Below are positions 62,701-64,000 of a DNA stretch of 64,000 bases, piece after piece. The translations under genes were made by a program, and so were the position numbers. A model generated the notes under the pieces. That model searched no databases and was not told where the DNA came from. It was given only the letters and a program-made list of their open reading frames with translations. The DNA lies in contig CAJINV010000017.1 of the NCBI GenBank assembly GCA_905178155.1, positions 1,686,139 through 1,750,138 on the forward strand, read 5' to 3'. The stretch comes from Amoebophrya sp. A120. Lineage: Eukaryota > Protista > Dinoflagellata. Positions within the stretch are counted from its first letter, which is position 1, and each line of letters opens with the position of its first letter.

Positions 62701-63923
62701 GTACTTCCCTCACATTCAACTTCCTGTGTTGCTCGTTTTGGATTTGGTCCGAACGATCCGACAACAGTATTTGGCTCGCTCTCGGATTGCGGTACGTCTC
62801 TGCTACTGCAACTCGGCGTCGGCGGCGAAACGGGAGTTTTTGATGGAACGGCAAGCTCGCTGGTGCTTGTCCGCCCATAATTCCGTCCTCCGGACGTGCA
62901 CCAAACGTTACCGTATCGAGGACTGGAACTCGAACTGCATTCGGTTCTACAGTTTCTGATGCGAAAAAATCGTGCGAGTTCTTCCGTACCCTCGGCCGGC
63001 GCTGACATCGTTCTACTTTCGATGTCATGATCTTCGCGCTGGTGTTGTCTGCTTCCGTTTGCTCTTGGTCTTCTCTTCTGGATAAGAACTTCGTGGTACA
63101 ACTCATCCTCGCAGAGTCCTCCGTGCCTACTATGGAGGTCACAGCTCCTTCTTTTCGTTGGACGTCTACTTCGTTGTGTTGGGAGCGGTGTTCCTCGTGC
63201 TTCGTAAAAACAAGACTGCGATGGCGTTCCGGAAGCTCCTGATACTTTCGCTTTATTTGTTGCGATAGCTGCTCCAGTGGCACGACCAAGTTGTTTCTGC
63301 GAACTGACGATCTTCTGCACGCTCTCTTGCTCTTGCTCCTGGTTCTGGGCCCTGTCATGGCACACGACCGACTCACCTTGCGATTCCGACTCGTCTGCAA
63401 CACTAGCACTGCCTTCATACGAAGATCCCGCTTTTCCGTCCTGCCGTTCTTCCACACAACGATCATGTGCCGTTTTGATCGTGCTCGACCAAGCCACTTT
63501 AACATCGTAGCATTTTTCCGGTGACGATCTTTTTTTTGAAGATGCAGAAGAACTTTCCGCGTTCTTCTTCTCGCCAGCTGGTGCACCGAAACCACTACAC
63601 GTCGATGGATAAAAGCAAGTCGCGCTCGCGCGACGATGTTCTTGTTCTTCAGGAAGCCCGCAGCCTTCTGCGGTGGTTGCAACGCCACAGCAGGAGCAAA
63701 CGACGACGACCTCTTGCTGATGTAGCAAGGACGAGAGCTGCCCAGCTCTTGTCTCCTCTGCAGAAGATGACAAGAAGCTGACTCCTGCACCACGACCACG
63801 TCGAGAAACATCTTCTGTTTCATCGTGCTCATCCTTTCTGAAGATGTCTCTGGTTCTACTTCCACTTCTACTGCCCTCCCACATCTCTCCTTCATCATAC
63901 CCACCTCGTGGACCACTGCTCAC
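20789..63923 (-). CDS. Giant (~12,000-12,600 aa) modular, probably surface/secreted glycoprotein
   Basis: ORFs of 1692, 171, 114, 140, 144, 1090, 344, 217, 157, 1612, 2113, 1331, 347 and 3219 aa plus micro-exons join in frame across the TIR elements from 63.9 to 23.0 kb (junction at ~57.5-57.7 kb unresolved). The protein has recurrent G-x-Y-x-[LIV]-C-W...G-x-[LIV]-x-[VI]-x-GP...C-x2-G-x2-C modules, S/T tracts, many N-x-S/T sequons and a hydrophobic stretch WFLTALLLVVPFVVQA (~61.7 kb). Exons below 23.0 kb and the start are tentative. Confidence 0.7.
22004..22205 (-). other. Canonical GT-AG intron in the 3' part of the giant gene
   Basis: GGA AA|GTATAAC...TTCTTAG|G TAC gives LPGGK-YSLAWC, matching the gene's G-x-Y-x-L-x-W module. 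Confidence 0.6.
27330..27925 (-). other. Discoidin/F5-8 type C-like motifs in the giant protein
   Basis: ATRRVRLYPLTWEKQHPSFRF and YYEIDFGKPIELQGIVVQ...LKTFTLE. Confidence 0.5.
31940..32400 (-). other. Fucolectin/F5-8 type C-like domain in the giant protein
   Basis: LEIQLPRPTRLRRIMVH...CDITGRTFRLF...LHICEVELYG. Confidence 0.5.
32465..32685. mobile_element. Introner, TIR family B
   Basis: TATGAGAGTGCACAGCTCGTCCCCCTCCCATTTGT...ACAAATGAGGGGGAGGGGGAGTTGTGCACTGGCATA; direct repeat TCATT/TCGTT; joins NLTND|TDEF. Confidence 0.87.
32722..32894. mobile_element. Introner-like intron
   Basis: TATGAAATGCAAAAGATTCGTA...TACGATATTATTGCAATGCATA; direct repeat AAAAC/AAAAC; joins TEEF|FDPN. Confidence 0.83.
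33939..34147. other. Probable degenerate introner intron
   Basis: TATGGAAGCGGTGAAATC...GATTTCCCCCGACATA; direct repeat not recognisable, but removing element+5 nt gives TTTT|TTTFTSWPDV in frame. Confidence 0.5.
38124..38375. mobile_element. Introner, TIR family A (reverse orientation)
   Basis: TATCAAATGTAAAAGTGTCTGGGTCTGGAAA...TTTCCAGACCCAGACATTTTTACATTTGATA; direct repeat GCTCC/GCTCC; joins SKGE|LELFGP. Confidence 0.92.
38434..38712. mobile_element. Introner, TIR family D
   Basis: 31-bp TIR TATCCTGAGTAAAAACGT(A/C)CCCACACCAGAG, one mismatch; direct repeat GAGGA/GAGGA; joins LFSS|SWDN. Confidence 0.92.
38817..39092. mobile_element. Introner, TIR family A (reverse orientation)
   Basis: TATCAAGTGCAAAAATGTCTGGGTCTGGAAG...CTTCCAGACCCAGACACTTTCGCATTTGATA; direct repeat GCCCC/GCCCC; joins CWRAGA|VLNT. 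Confidence 0.92.
40615..41035 (-). other. SUEL-type (galactose/rhamnose-binding) lectin-like domain in the giant protein
   Basis: YAC...IKFSC...FTFG...GVC...C...LNALCGGKITCDIDVS...FGKC...AQAVC cysteine pattern. Confidence 0.6.
41400..41925 (-). other. YHYH domain in the giant protein
   Basis: YTIKIP...GPVGVTTKGVLIYP...GCGGN...QYRY...LGWALDGFPVFG...LDSCGGH...YHYH. Confidence 0.8.
45358..45466. mobile_element. Introner, TIR family E
   Basis: TATCCACAGAAAAAAAAAC...GTTTTTTTCTCTGGGTA; direct repeat GGTCC/CATCC (3/5); joins EQG(M/T)|GKYEF. Confidence 0.78.
50226..50378. mobile_element. Introner-like intron
   Basis: TGTGCCTTGCAAAAGTATCG...CGTTACTTTTGCCATGAATA; direct repeat TGATC/TGATC; joins HSLI|NYRL. 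Confidence 0.8.
50680..50879. mobile_element. Introner-like intron (ends resemble family F and 10414..10651)
   Basis: TATCAAGAAGAAAGAAGGCCCCCCCTC...GAGGGGGGCGAACAACTTTTTCCTTGCGATA; direct repeat ACTAG/ACCAG; joins VTLV|PRSL. Confidence 0.8.
51459..51752. mobile_element. Introner-like intron
   Basis: TATCCCCGTCTCAACTGTTGCATTCTCAACTGT...ACAGTTGAGAATGTAACATTTGAGAATCCCATA; direct repeat ACATC/ACGTC; joins EQM(T/M)|FGQS. Confidence 0.85.
52505..52709. mobile_element. Introner-like intron
   Basis: TATGCAATAGA...TCTACTGTTGATA; direct repeat TGATG/GGATG; joins FTDI|(P/T)ANFAGEY. Confidence 0.72.
55755..56025. mobile_element. Introner, TIR family A
   Basis: TATGAAATGCAAATATGTCTGGGTCTGGAAG...CTTCCAGACCCAGAGGACATTTTTGCATTTGATA; direct repeat GCCAT/CCCAT; joins TLNG|GKYALC. 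Confidence 0.9.
56510..56707. mobile_element. Introner-like intron
   Basis: TATGCACAGTAATTAATTTACCGTAC...GTACGGAAAATTTGTAAATTGCATA; direct repeat ACCTC/GCCGC (3/5); joins WSQR|(S/P)GSLAC. Confidence 0.75.
56968..57270. mobile_element. Introner, TIR family D (left terminal TA mutated to CG)
   Basis: CGTCCTGTGGAAAAACGTCCCCGCTCCAGA...GGGGACGTTTTTTTTACACAGGATA; direct repeat CGCTG/CGCTG; joins LTSS|DFFS. Confidence 0.85.
57405..57500 (-). other. PAN/Apple-like motif in the giant protein
   Basis: CAAMCESTANCLGFDYSFLTTDTSARCRVY. Confidence 0.55.
58224..58515. mobile_element. Introner, TIR family D
   Basis: TATCCTATGTAAACACGT...GGGAACTTTTTTACACAGGATA; direct repeat TCAGC/TCAGC; joins NFTL|TGQQ. 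Confidence 0.85.
58573..58898. mobile_element. Introner, TIR family C
   Basis: TATGGAAGTGTCAGGATCGAAAT...TTGTCGATTTTGAACCTGACACATCCATA; direct repeat GCGCC/TCGCC; interior homologous to 15452..15774; joins EICWR|NSLA. Confidence 0.88.
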
Positions 63924-64000
63924 GCTCTGTATTTTACTGGTCTCTCATCTCCAGCATCCTCGCGCTTGTACGTGGCCTCACGGGCTTTTTGTTTTTTTTT

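Overview
Eukaryotic, gene-dense DNA with no rRNA, tRNA or CRISPR array that I can see. The style is most consistent with a Syndiniales/Amoebophrya-like parasitic dinoflagellate, a lineage known for non-canonical 'introner' introns; this assignment is an inference. The main signal is 29 well-resolved (plus 3 weaker) 109-354 bp insertions that interrupt two minus-strand genes. Nearly all begin and end with TA and carry terminal inverted repeats (at least six recurring TIR families). Each is flanked by a 5-bp direct repeat and is rich in one shared internal motif (TTGTSATGC/GCATSACAA). By hand, removing each element plus one direct-repeat copy restored the reading frame at all 29 resolved junctions. 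None can be slid into a GT-AG intron, and copies of one family occur in both orientations. Joining across them rebuilds (i) a ~1,400-aa protein with about five bacterial-type PH (bPH_1-like) repeats at 7878-16508, and (ii) one ~12,000+ aa modular surface-type protein at ~20.8-63.9 kb with YHYH, SUEL-lectin, discoidin-like, PAN-like and many Cys-Trp modules plus recurrent RRL motifs. Also present are a plus-strand gene fragment with GT/GC-AG introns, a secreted-type gene split by an in-frame TAG, a GC hairpin cluster at 2.5-3.1 kb, and an unexplained 41-bp direct repeat (3 copies) bracketing ~1-kb segments at 17.3-19.6 kb. All coordinates were read by eye and all domain calls are motif recognition, not database searches.
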